Notes under the pieces: model-generated | The model's input: the letters and a program-made list of their open reading frames with translations, nothing else | Databases searched by the model: none | What the model was told of the DNA's origin: nothing | NCBI RefSeq assembly: GCF_031769215.1 | Contig: NW_026782081.1 | Coordinates: forward strand, 2,728,001-2,792,000 | DNA: 64,000 nt | Origin: Ylistrum balloti | Lineage: Eukaryota | Direction of reading: 5' to 3' | Made by a program: the position numbers and the translations under genes | Shown here: positions 26,486 to 39,501 of the stretch, piece by piece | Layout of the letters: each line of letters opens with the position of its first letter | How positions within the stretch are numbered: the first letter of the stretch is position 1

Positions 26486-27479
26486 TCTTCTAATGTATCC
26501 GGAAACAAAAGGTACAATACATTTGTAGATTTTCAGTCTAATTTTAAATCACCAACTTATATTCATCAAGGGTAATAGAACTTCGTAAAATTCATGTGTT
26601 GTATCCTTCACAGTATCGTCCGAAATGAGAGGAGGCAGCAAATGTTTCATTTGTGTTAAAACACAAAGAGACCATTAAGATATTCATTAAAAAATATGTA
26701 TTAAACCAGTCGTAAATTCAATATTAATTAGTAATAACAATGTTTTGTTTTAGATGTTGCATGCATATTCACTATTAGCATTGTTATTATATACACGCGT
26801 TGGTAAAGTCACAGATGTACAAATGTTAAAACAGGTATAAAGTATGGATTGATCTATTATAAAAAATGTGATACGACCAGGACAAACGGCGTTAATGGAA
26901 ATGAATGCATACATATGTAGTAATTGCAAATTTATGGTTATGTCGATATTATTCGGCTCTGTAAGATGTAAAGAAATACATTGCTAACAAAATCGTTCTC
27001 TTTTACTTCTCTCTAGATACGTCCTCAGGAACTGATGGATAATATGTCACCATTTTGATATTATGATATGATAATATGGTGGTTATATGGCGAATGTCAG
27101 TGACGAACTAGCTGTTATCATTGTATCTTCTTTCCCATGTGTACCAGTAAATATTGTTTGAATTTTTAAGGATCAGTATATTGAAGAATTCGCGTGTTTC
27201 CCTTTATTCCGTTTTACACATTCCTACAACATATCGATAACGGTACTGTGGTTTCGCGAAGATTATCTTAAAACTGATATATTAAAAGTTATTTTGTGGT
27301 CTTTACAAAAACAAAAAATATATAAATAAATGAATAATTTGATAAATGAATAGGCATATCAAAACAAAACAAGCCGACGCTTAAAGCAAAGTTTGTCATA
27401 TGATTTTATGCGGACGTGTGCATTTTTGCTTTAAATTACGGACGAGCTGGAAACACAATCTGTTATCTTTAGTCGACCA

Positions 27480-27830
27480 TGTCAAGAGCATGCGTAACTG
27501 ACATCTTCATTCCAGTTCTTCAGCACAAAGCGATATATGCTTTTACGCTTGACCAGTTTGTATGTATATGCTGAAAATGTTATGAAGTTATCATTTAATT
27601 GCATGCAAAATTTGCGTCTATAATCGTCATCGTAATATTTGATACAGGAAATGATATTTATCCTCAATTATTTGACTGTATTACTTTACGAGAAACAGCA
27701 CGATAAGCTCTTGGGCATTCATTGGATTTTTCTTTTTTTCTCTCTCTTCATGTCCTCTTTCCTGTTTCTTGAGATCATTTCGTATTTAGATGGCGTTCCA
27801 GGTTTTTTATCTTTCTATTAGTAATTTCTA
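27480..27830 (-). mobile_element. Possible highly decayed LINE 3' end
   Basis: Only IEDKYHFL..Y..YRRKF, resembling the C-terminal IEDEYHF motif of LINE RTs; many stops. Confidence 0.3.
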
Positions 27831-29116
27831 TTTTGACATATATAATTCAAAAGTTAACAATTTAAAGCAATATCTAGCGTTACATTTTACCGATATTCCA
27901 TCATGTTTTCACTTGTATTGGGTAACAGGTCATTGGGTTGAAAGAAACTACTCTTTGAGGGAAGCGTATGCATGCTTGTCGGAAATGCAAGTTCGATCCA
28001 TTTACAAATTAAATTACGTATACAATTAGGCACTTCTCGTGTCTTTCTCTTTTTTTGTCGTGTCTTAACGAGTGTTTTCCTTCTAAGAAACCGTATTTGG
28101 TAGGTCTTCGTCCGCTATTCCAATACATAATTTATAACAGATAATTTTCTTGACCTGCCGATTGGAAAGATTGTTTTTCACTAACATGCTTTTCATACAT
28201 GATTTGATACCTGCTTCTGTTATGTTAAGATTTACAGAATACAATTTCCAATCAAAATGCACTTCGTAAAGTAAAAGAGATCTGCATATTTATACAGGAT
28301 TGGTTGACCTTGTTCTGTACGGTGGCGTTATCGATGCCGGAGTTTGTTGGAAATTGACAGAAACATAGAGAGATTCGAATTTAAGAAATATGACAGGAAA
28401 GCGATGTGCGCATATATATTTACGGTATCAACAGGGGACAATTCGCTAACGACATAATAGCATCCTGGCCCAAGCCTTGCCATCGGTGCTGATCACATAT
28501 GGTCAGGATTATTTTGGTTCCATTCACACAGAATCAGGCAACAAAATAATGTATAACGATCTTTGGATTTACTGACGAAATATGTTTTAACATATAATTT
28601 ACATACACTTAGCGAAAAATATTATTGATGTTGTTGTTATATACAACTTTGATTTTAAGGTATGTTTTTTCAGTGAGTTTTTTTCTCAGCAATAAAGATT
28701 CTCATGAGCTTCGTCAACATACATGTACGACAGGTTCCAGAGAGATTGTATAGCATTGTATTATGAAAATAACGAAATATAAAGATAGCCTGAACAATGA
28801 GAATATTAACAGAAACGCATCTGGCCGAGTACGGATTACATCAGGAAATGCACACTGAAGGAAAGAAATGCTGCAACTGTACTTGTTTATCTTGTATATC
28901 ATTGGTTTAGAATTTCAGAATTTTGAATTTTAAGTTTATTAAAAAGGCGACTCGACCCAGCAGATCATAATTCGATCTTTTTTTAAAGATATACGCCGAT
29001 GAACAGTCAAAACTGGTTTGCCTTGTTGACCGCTTTCTTACATTTTTTCAGCAATTACGAATATTAAGAGCACAGAAAACGTCATATTCAACCTTTATTT
29101 TGAGTGCAATAACTTT

Positions 29117-32100
29117 TCAACCAACGATGATTCCGCTACCGTCGACATCCCTGGAAAACATAATTACATGGTAAAGTTAGTATGAGACTTAAAGCAACAA
29201 AAGAATAAATTCATGCACTTACTTAACACTGTAAATACGAATTTGCTTGATAGATATGCAAACTTGTCAGTGTTTGGCAAGAACATAAGTTTAGTGTGAC
29301 ATAGTGGTATGTTATTAGACTACCCCACCTCTTATATTTTTGTAGGCATAAACTATAACAAATACGGTTGAATCTTACAGTGGCGAGATCAATTTCATAT
29401 CAAATGGATAGAAATTTCTTCTTTCTTTCTTTATTCTATTGATTAATTGCTTTGGAAATAAACAGAAAATCGTATCGATGCTAAACTTGAAGCCATATTA
29501 GCTGTACGTATTTGACTCCATTTTGACATTACAATGACTTGTAATAGTAAGAAGTCATTTACCTGGTTTTATATGAAAAATAACGAACGCGACAATCTTG
29601 CGATAAAAGGGTAACATTATGTTTTATATATATATATATTACGTACCAATGTTTTTTGTATACATAATTTTATATTTTGATACTATATCTATAAAATTAC
29701 ACATTGAATGCATTAATGTTATTTTGCTACATCACTAAAACATCACTGTAGCAGTTGTTCCCGTTCAAAAAGTTATCATAAAATAAGAAGTCACCACAAT
29801 ATACATATTGAGACATACTAGTACCAGCCTATGGACACATACTCTGATTGACAGATGTAGTAAAGGTGAATATCACAATCATCATCTGCCATCTTGAAGC
29901 CACCAGCCCCATAGAGGTTCATACAGTTGCCAGACAGGGCATTATTGGGTTCTCCATCAGCCCAGTTGATATAAGTGAGTTCCTCTCCTGTTTGGGCCCA
30001 CTTCCATACATTTTCTACTTCCAAATCTGTTCCATCGATCCAATACAGAACATGCGATGCATCTGTGTACGAAAGAAAGATACCAGGATAATTACACACC
30101 ATGTGTTCAGTCTTTGATATTCAATCCTAATACATAATCATTGTGTAAACGTTGGTTCGACTATGTTATTCTGAATACAAAGTAGGTCCTAATTATACCG
30201 TATTTTAACATACAGTTGTTTACGTTTGCTATTTTATGTTCGTTTCTGCACCTAATCCCTATTGATATGCTTGTTGACATATTCGTCTTTATGTTCTAAT
30301 GCGATTTTCTTCTGTCATGACCGAGCTAAAAGTACTTTCACATGGATACATAGAGTTATAAACATAATGTTGATTGTAATCGTCTTCTTTATGCAGCTGT
30401 CGATGACATTGTTATTTACAATATGAATATTTAATCCCAATTATTGCATAATATCAAATTCAAACGTAAGAAAAACACAGAAGTAAACCCCTCATACATT
30501 TTCCCCGTGGCTGTAACACAACCATTCTGAAGGAACAGACTTATCAAAGATGGGTGGTATGAAAAATGAAATAAAACAGCATGTAATATATATATTTATG
30601 ATGATTTGACAAAGATATATAAACGCAATGTTAGTGTTAACCTTATTGACAAAAACAGTTGCCAGAATCAACACAAGTTATAGCTAGTTTAGTTTTGAGG
30701 GTTTGTTATGTCAGAAAGTTAGGTATTTATTTATATAAGCCTTTATAAAAGTACAACCCGATTTTCATGGTTCAATTCAGGAAAATACATTATCTTTAGC
30801 CACGGATCGAATAATTTGTACAATCCTGAAAACACAGACTACATAGAATATAGGTGCAAACGATAAATATACCAATGCGTGAGTGAGACGCCAGAACGGA
30901 ACTATCTAGTCATTAGAACTACAAACGTAACGTTGGAAATGGAACCTACGAGCCGTGGCAAACTTAGGCTGCCGTTTGAAATGGTCTCCAGAGAAAGGTC
31001 CATTTTCCACAGGGACGTCGTTGAAAGCGCTGACTGTGGATAATGGACCCAACTACCATTACGGCGATTGTCACATTCGGATTATGCAGTATAGTTATTG
31101 ATCAAAGATTAAAGAAATCTTCTGAATTATACTATTACATACTATCATACCTGTTATCCTTCAGTTTAAGCTCACACAATAAGAATTATATTATGTGAAC
31201 ACGATTAGGATGACCTACAGATAGTCTATTAAAACGATTAGCTGCACAATATCAATATAAAGGAATACAATCGTAAGTTGATTCAGGGTATTGTTTAAGC
31301 TCATAAACGTATTTGCCAATTTATTAAAGTCCTCGTACATTTTTCTTTAACTAGTAAACAATTTGTATATTGTGATGAATATTGTTCTGTATGACCAAAT
31401 GTTTCTGTGGATATTTTGTCGTCTTCTGTGTAATTTATGGTTATAAAGACATGGATTGAATACTGGAGATAACAATAAAACCAGCTCTTCTCCAAAATGG
31501 ATTGTCTTACTTTCCATGACTCCTATGTGTACCTGCAATCACTCCTATATAATTGACAGCTCTCTTGACCTAAGGTGAACCGTCCGCTAAGTCGAGTGCC
31601 AGTAATACACGTATGTAACAAGAGTCAGTTGTATAGAAAAACAAGACATTTAAGTCAAGATATTCCGCGGTTCCTTTTGCCAAGTTGTACATGAAACAGG
31701 AGTAATTTTTATGGCACAATAAACATGTGACATTGCATTCTGGGTCCAGTTTCAATGTGGAATATAGAACCGATGTGATCTTGACAGAGAAAACGTCACA
31801 GATTTTTCGGTCGGTTTTCAACGTTCAATATGAAAAAAAGTCTAATGGGTCATACTACAGTAGATCATTGATATTCAGCGTAAATTTCAATTTCAATTTA
31901 TGAAAGGCTTAAATCCCGTATTATAATACAACGATTAATTTTAATCGTTATACATTATTCAAAAACCGAATCTTGAATTTGCGGAGTGACTTGACACTGC
32001 AGTGTTAGCGTATTTTATACAGTTTACAGTGGATGCACTGGCGTAGTTGATTGTTAATTTATAGATTTTAAATAATTATTCAGTTTATGGTTAAAAATTA

Positions 32101-33560
32101 TGATTTCCGCCCAATCAAGGGAGGAAACTCGAACAAACTTCATCTGGTTTTAATCGACGTTGATAAAATGTGATTGCGAATATAAGTAGTTTAACCTCTT
32201 ATATAAGCAAACGTTCATATTTTCCAAAAAGTACAAACCGATATGAAAACGGAATAGGAATAATGAAAAATATAAGTATTCTACAGACTGCTGGTGTTCA
32301 TTTTAACCTATCAATCAGAAACATGTATGCATTTGCATGATTCAACAGGAACTGGTAACAACATATTTTCAGAAAATTTCAAACATTCAAAGATCCAGGT
32401 TTGCCTAAAAATACTACACACCGTGCCTGTGTATATGCTTCAGTTCCGATATAAGAAAGTTCTGTTCATCTGCTGAAGTGATGACTGCCAAATTCGAATG
32501 GAGGGCTAAACACGTCGCCTACAATAGCAAAAGGGTTAAAAAATGTAGGCAATTGTTAAGAAGTAGTGCATCATTTCAATATATTGCTTTATTTATCAAA
32601 ACGTTTAAGGGTTTGATTTGGGTCGTCACATAATCTGAGTAAATGTTGACATTATATCAAACAGTGTGAACCCTTATTACTACCTTACATCCACACACAA
32701 TCAGTACATTATCTTTTAAAAAAAGAGTAACTATAACTCTCTATTTATATAATCTTGTATATTTAATCGGATCTTGAAGTAGATGCTATTGATAATTGCT
32801 TTAACGGCACTTGTGAAACAATTGATTATGCAACAAGTGATTCTAGACTTTGTCCAACATTAAACACTTCCGTCAAAAAACTTTACATAATGTGACCTTT
32901 CAGTGGGAAAATTTTCAGACTTTCAACATTCAAACTACAAATGTTTGATAATAACCAGAGACTGAGCCTAGTAGGGTGATATTCTCTATTTATATTTGTA
33001 TTTAATTTCTTGACTGCCTCTTCGAGGGATTGATATTAGTTGTATTAGCGTAGCAAATATTACATCCAACATTCATAAAAATGAAATACTATCAGTCATG
33101 ATACTTTGATTTATGACGTAACACAATAATAACCATTATGTGCTGACTTTCTGTTATGCTGTTCACTTTAGTTATAAAATATACTTACAAACGCTTCTCC
33201 CCATGTTGATTTACCATGGGAAAATAAATAGCAGTTGTTCTCAAATGACACCCATCCGTTCCTACAAGATGCTAAACCTGAAAATATTCTACATTAAATT
33301 ATAAGATAAAACCGGGAATAAATCTGGAATAAGTTCAAGCTTTCTCGGTTTGTTCAATATCTATAATGCGTACCATTTACCTCACCTGTGTTGTTGTTCA
33401 TCATACGCTTTTGAATAAAAACTCCTTTTACTACTTGTCGCCATATTGCATGTGTATCATCAGTACATGTTTGTCCCTAAAATTATACGAAATATTAATA
33501 TTTACCCTCCGGGATACAGCATACGATCAATGTCAAGAGAAGAGAAAGCCGGGAGTCCAT
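29117..33560 (-). CDS. Secreted C-type lectin L1 (perlucin-like, 164 aa, EPN motif)
   Basis: Exons: 33560-33506 (MDSRLSLLLTLIVCCIPE), 33277-33189 (CRNGWVSFENNCYLFSHGKSTWGEA), 32518-32422 (TCLALHSNLAVITSADEQNFL), 30062-29843 (YWIDG..WADGEPNN..NCMNL..MADDDC..YYIC) and 29150-29117 (DVDGSGIIVG*). Confidence 0.9.
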
Positions 33561-34717
33561 TTTTAATGATGTCATCTACTTTCCCAGGTGAAGTAGACAA
33601 GCAGTTGACCTGAGATAGTGCTAATCTGAAGCGAGGTTTACGGCACCAGTTGCCACACATATATAGTACCTGTAACGTTACACACGGTTACAAACGTGTG
33701 ATTACTGGGCTCAAATGGTGCTCTTTATGATATATAATACATCCTATCTAGCTCTGTAGAACAGCTTTGTTAGTAGGTCTTCTTATGATCGTGTGGACAG
33801 GCAATCCTAAACATTATATGTTACGAGGAAATTATTTGCCAGGTATTTACCAATGTTTGAGCACGCATGCATTGTATTTAATGTCCACGTCTATCTAATG
33901 TAAATAACATATCAGGTTATGCAAGAAACATTGATAACCGATATTTGAATACTTGAACTTTTGAAAACTTTTCTTAACATGTGAATTAATATTTAAAAAA
34001 TGGTCCTTTGAGGTATTCCTCTGTTTTAAGCATCAAAAATATGACTTTCTCATTGCAAGCTTTCATAAAGCGTATAACATGCCGCTATCGCATTGTATGA
34101 TGCTTCTCTGAATTTGATGCATTTTCCATAATACCAAGAAGTTGAAGTCAGACATATCCTTCCTTGAGATATTGTATTATCAACAAAATTAATTTTCTAT
34201 ATTTACTAATACGTTTATTCAATAATTTCCCAATATTACTGACAAGTTTCACGATATATAACTTGGCAATGATAACATTAGGTATTTGTTTCCCATTTTG
34301 TTTTTAAACAACGAGTGGAGAAGGGATGACTTAATGAGTTTGTGAATTAAACAGAATAAAACAATATTTTCTTTAAAAGAGCTAGTATTTTAAACAAAAC
34401 TCCTTGCTTGAAACTACATCATAAATAGATATTTATTCAATATTCATGCTTACACTATAGTTGTTTGCTCAGGGAAGATATCTATACAAAATAAGAGTTA
34501 TATTAATCGGCTTTTGCAAAGTTTATCAGAAACAAAATACAAATTGATAATTAAGTAGAATAGTTAGTAGTGCTTTAACGTATGTATAAGGACTTTTCCA
34601 CATCATCGCCTTTCAACACTGAGCAATCCAAGTATCAGTTTCATTGAATTGCACAGTGGTAGTCAAATGAAGTCGATAGAGAAATCAAATTTATTCGCTT
34701 TATTACACTATTATCAA

Positions 34718-36285
34718 TCAACCGATGATATTTCCAGATTCCTCTCTATCACTGTCAATGAAAAAAGACAAAACATTACTTGAAAAATAAAACATCACAA
34801 TATCAAATCATGCTAACATTACACGAATAAAGATTGAGTTCGTAATTCCTACTGGACATGAAGTTAATACATAAGTTCTCTGGGGTATCACCTTTATAAG
34901 ATAAAGCTTAACGATGTACTGAATTGATAAGAATGTAATTTAATATACTGATAACAGTAACCCTGATAGCATCAAACGTTAAGAACATTTAAAGAAGACA
35001 AATAATTGATATCAGTGCTTCTAATATCTATGCAAACAATCTAGATATCTAATATATTATCTTACGTTTCTTGGCAAATGTAGTTGAGATGCAATTCGCA
35101 ATCATCATCCGCCATTAGAAATCCACCTCTACCCCAGAGATTCATGCAGTTGCCACCTTGTGCGTTGTTTGGTTCGCCGTCAGCCCAGGCAGTGTAGGTA
35201 AGCTTATCTCCTGTTATCGCCCATCTCCATACGTTTTCTACTTCAAGGTCTGTACCATCTATCCAATACTGCACGTGAGGTGCATCTAAAGGAAACGAAA
35301 CCTTTAATTCGTCAATCAATACATCTAGCGAAGATGAGGATTTGAATTCGTGGATAAATGTACCGGACGAAACTAATTATTTATTCATAACCTAAATTCA
35401 CCGGTATCTGAGTTTTCTAGTAAGCTAGATCCATTTTGTTATGGTAGGGCAGAGCAGCTGCGTCGACCAATCCAATGGGGTGACAATGTCTATTCTTAAT
35501 CATCACTTAATATTGACGTAGTTTTGGGCAACAGGCTTAAGTTTATATAAGTCCTCTCCATAAGGCAGATAAACGGTTACATTAAATAAAGTACATATGA
35601 TCACACATTCACTGATTTATAGATAATATTAGTATAAGCTCCTATCTTGTTAAATTAAAGATATTAAATTGTTGAAATTTTTTTTAATAAAAATATGGTT
35701 TGAATAAGAAAACAGAGTCGATGTCTTAATGTCTAAAGAAGAATATATCGTGTTTGTGACCTATAATAAATGATAACTTAGATAGGTACCATTTTGATGA
35801 AGTTGATTAAGTTCACCAGTCAGGAAGGTTTGCTCCATGTCTGAAGTAATTACTGCCAGATGCGAATGAATTGCTAAACATGTTGCCTGAAGTAATATGA
35901 TAAACACTGATTACTAAATATATGTGGCAGTAGAATTGAAATCCCGAAGCTGAATTACATTCCCATAAAGCAAAGAGATTTATTTGCTCATCTATCGTAA
36001 ATAAATCGATTATCTTTTCAAGAAAAAAAAGGTATAAAACATGTATTTTCTTAGTTACGCGTGAAAAAATAAAGAAAGCGATAAAATTATTCTTTCTTAT
36101 CTACTAATGTATATCCCTAAACTGCGTAAGAACTCTTTTCTTTTGTTTTCTTTTTTATCAACGTTATAACAACTTTTTCACACTTTTCTTTTCTTTTCAA
36201 CATTTCGTATATTTCATGTTATTTGGTATTTTGTACTTTATGGCAGTTATAAAGAGCTTAAAAATACAATATTGGACATTTTTGC

Positions 36286-36316
<31 letters not shown>

Positions 36317-37965
36317 TGATTTTAAATTTCTTTTCGGGGAGACCTGTCCACTTTTGTTTCATCTACAAGAAATCGCAGTTATTTATATTGTTTAACATAA
36401 GTATTTGTTCACATGTGTTGACCTTCATAAGGGGTGTATAAAAATAAAGCTTATCTTTAATCACCATAAGTACGTGTATGAAAGTGTATCTTCATCTAAC
36501 TCGGAGTATTTATTTTATTGCTTAGGGGGTTTATCAATATATTAAAGTAATTGATGTGACGTTGTATTGTAATACTAACTGCTATATATCCGTCGGTTAA
36601 AAAAATCAGTAGGGCGTTCGGTTAGTTAGCCAGAGGTCCTAGGAAATCTCGGAGGCATTAATAAAGTAAGAGCGTTATGGAAGGCATTATGGATTTCCCG
36701 TGTGAAAAAAGTAGCACAAAGTTCCATTCGATTCGGTTAGTAGCCTCTCTTGAGGCGTTATGGTATAAGTATACAAACCGACGCCTCGGCCCAAGTGGAT
36801 TTCCCGTGTGAAAATAAGTAGCACAAAGTTCCATTCGATTCCCAGCCTTGCCTGCATGCAAACCCTAAAATGAATAAAATATTTGGCAAAGTGTAACAAT
36901 GTTTTTTCGTGTAACGTCTTCAGAGCAAAAATATACCATAAGACAAACATATGATGTATTCTGGTGAATAATTCAAACTAATAAGTATTAATAGCAAACT
37001 GTTTCCCAATGCGATTGAAAAATAGAAAAATGATCGAACAAATTATATTTTAATTCACAACATTTATGTTGTAATGTGGTCGTGTCTCGTTCGAATACTC
37101 AAAGTCACGCGTGAAACATGACATTGTGTAAGAATGAATCACATGACACAACAAAATACAAGCATTATCACTTGACACACACATTACCTCTTCCAATACT
37201 CAAAGTCACACACGGGAAACATAGCATTGTATGAGAATGCATCACATGGAACAACACATTCCTGTACTATAAACTTGACATTCATATTATCTCTTTCAAT
37301 ATTCAAAGTCACACGTGTGAAACATGACATTGTATAAGAATGCATCACATGGAACAACACATTCCTGTACTATAAACTTGACATTTATATTATCTCTTTC
37401 AATATTCAAAGTCACACGTGTGAAACATGACATTGTATAAGAATGCATCACATGGAACAACACATTCCTGTACTATAAACTTGACATTCATATTATCTCT
37501 TTCAATATTCAAAGTCACACGTGTGAAACATGACATTGTATAAGAATGCATCACATGGAACAACACACACTATAAACTTGACATTCATATTATCTCTTTC
37601 AATATTCAAAGTCACACGTGTGAAACATGACATTGTATAAGAATGCACACATGGAACAACACATTCCTGTACTATAAACTTGACATTCATATTATCTCTT
37701 TCAATATTCAAAGTCACACGTGTGAAACATGACATTGTATAAGAATGCATCACATGGAACAACACATTCCTGTACTATAAACTTGACATTCATATTATCT
37801 CTTTCAATATTCAAAGTCACACGTGTGAAACACGGCATTGTCTAAGAATGAATCACATGACAAAAAAAAAAAAAAGAAATACATGCACTATCATTTGACA
37901 CACACATTACCTCTTTTAGCACATAGAGCTGAAATAATAAACACGATTACTATCCTAACGTCCAT
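34718..37965 (-). CDS. Secreted C-type lectin L2 (163 aa, EPN motif; paralog of L1)
   Basis: Exons: 37965-37911 (MDVRIVIVFIISALCAKR), 36864-36779 (CRQGWESNGTLCYLFSHGKSTWAEAS), 35886-35790, 35285-35066 (WADGEPNNAQGGNC..MADDDC) and 34751-34718 (DREESGNIIG*). Confidence 0.9.
37093..37915. repeat. Tandem repeat, 8 units of ~103 bp, in L2 intron 1
   Basis: Unit caatattcaaagtcacacgtgtgaaacatgacattgtataagaatgcatcacatggaacaacacattcctgtactataaacttgacattcatattatctcttt, with starts at ~37093, 37194, 37297, 37400, 37503, 37600, 37702 and 37805. Confidence 0.95.
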
Positions 37966-39501
37966 TTTCGAACAAGTGGATCGTCTGTTCTAGAAAGAAT
38001 AGATAACGCCTTCCTATCAAAGTGAAGGACAGAAGTCTTACCTGTGTATCCGTATGCTAGTGTAAACGTGACATCAGCCTTTGTTTTATAAATTGAACAT
38101 TACCTATAAAACTAGCAGGATATAAAATCAATTTTTCAGTCAACCTCTTCCACATTGTATTTCCTCTGAATATGTGTGGCGATAAATAATAACTTTTAAC
38201 CATTTCTATATATCAATAGTAGGTAAAATGTTTAAGGAACAAAGTAAAGTGAATTCTCATCTCAGTGACAATTCGCTCTGTATATGCAACTGTACATATA
38301 CAACAGATATTTATCCCTCTATTTACTTCTGTCTTCTCCTTCCTTCTGGTATCTCTCTTTACATCCATCCTCATATGTCTATTGAATGAATTTCAATCAG
38401 TGTGACCTTCAGTAAATATTTGCTGGATGGTCTAGCTGAACAACTAAATCTCTATCGAAATGAAATTCTTTAACTAGAGCGTATTTTGCAAAACCTACGT
38501 ATTAAAAAGTGGACATACTCGATTTGTGGTTGACGATATTCACCAATGCCGAATCTGGAGGTAACAGACGTTTTAACATAGGAACATAACTGTACTTATT
38601 TATTTTTTTATAAAGGTTTAGCAGACAACAAACAACAGAGGCAATCCATATATTGTAAATAACGCAAACAAAATAGAGACATTTCCATCAAACGGTATAC
38701 GTGTTATCCTTATGTGATATTTTTTATTTCTATATAGCAAACTTCATGTCTCATTATCCGACATTCAGGAGCTTTTTCCTAATATTTGATTGGTGTAGAT
38801 TATCTTAAAGACATATGATCTTCATACTGATTTCTTTTCTATTTCCTTTTGCAGTATGAAGAAAGACATGTTTTCATTCGTGGTTGTTCCGTTATCGATC
38901 TTATTTGGGAACGTGGTGATATTTGCTAATATTAACGATGTACATTTTAGAGGTATATGTGTAAATATTTCCGCTGTTCATATTTTGCTCAAGATTAGCC
39001 GAATTCGAGAATGAATTAAGATAATGTTGACATGTGGGTATTTGAAAAGAAATCCATTATACTGTGCTACCTATAAAATTGTGTGATGTTTTACCAGATC
39101 CACAACTTGAACACGTGTACAGAAGTAAAGTTATTATATAGAAGGGAAAGTATCTAGGAATAGACAAGTTTTACTTGAACGTATTCGTATTGAGGTTTTC
39201 GTAAAAAGAAAACAAATAAGGGGGGGGGGGAGTTAAAGGTATTTTCATGTACGAGATGGTGTCATCTCACTGATGTATAATTAGATAATTTAACAGGTCC
39301 AGTACATCAACACGAATTTACCAAGGTTTTCTTCCAGGATGGAGAGAAAGATATTTACAATGAGAACGGCCGCCTTATTTACGTGTCACTGATATTGAAT
39401 TAGATTGACGCGTTTGAAAATATCTTATCAGCTATAAACGTCCAATCCCTCTATTATCTATTTCAGAATTACCAAGATTGTCCAATACACTGCGAGCTGG
39501 A

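Noticed and set aside
30800-31830. GC-richer patches and short ORFs in L1 intron 3 (similar patches at 41750-42600 and 44400-45100)
   Set aside because: They are probably old transposon remnants, but no diagnostic motif, TIR or TSD could be supported by eye.
33278-37965. Idea that L1 borrows the L2 leader exon (shared-leader cassette system)
   Set aside because: L1 has its own good signal-peptide exon at 33560-33506.
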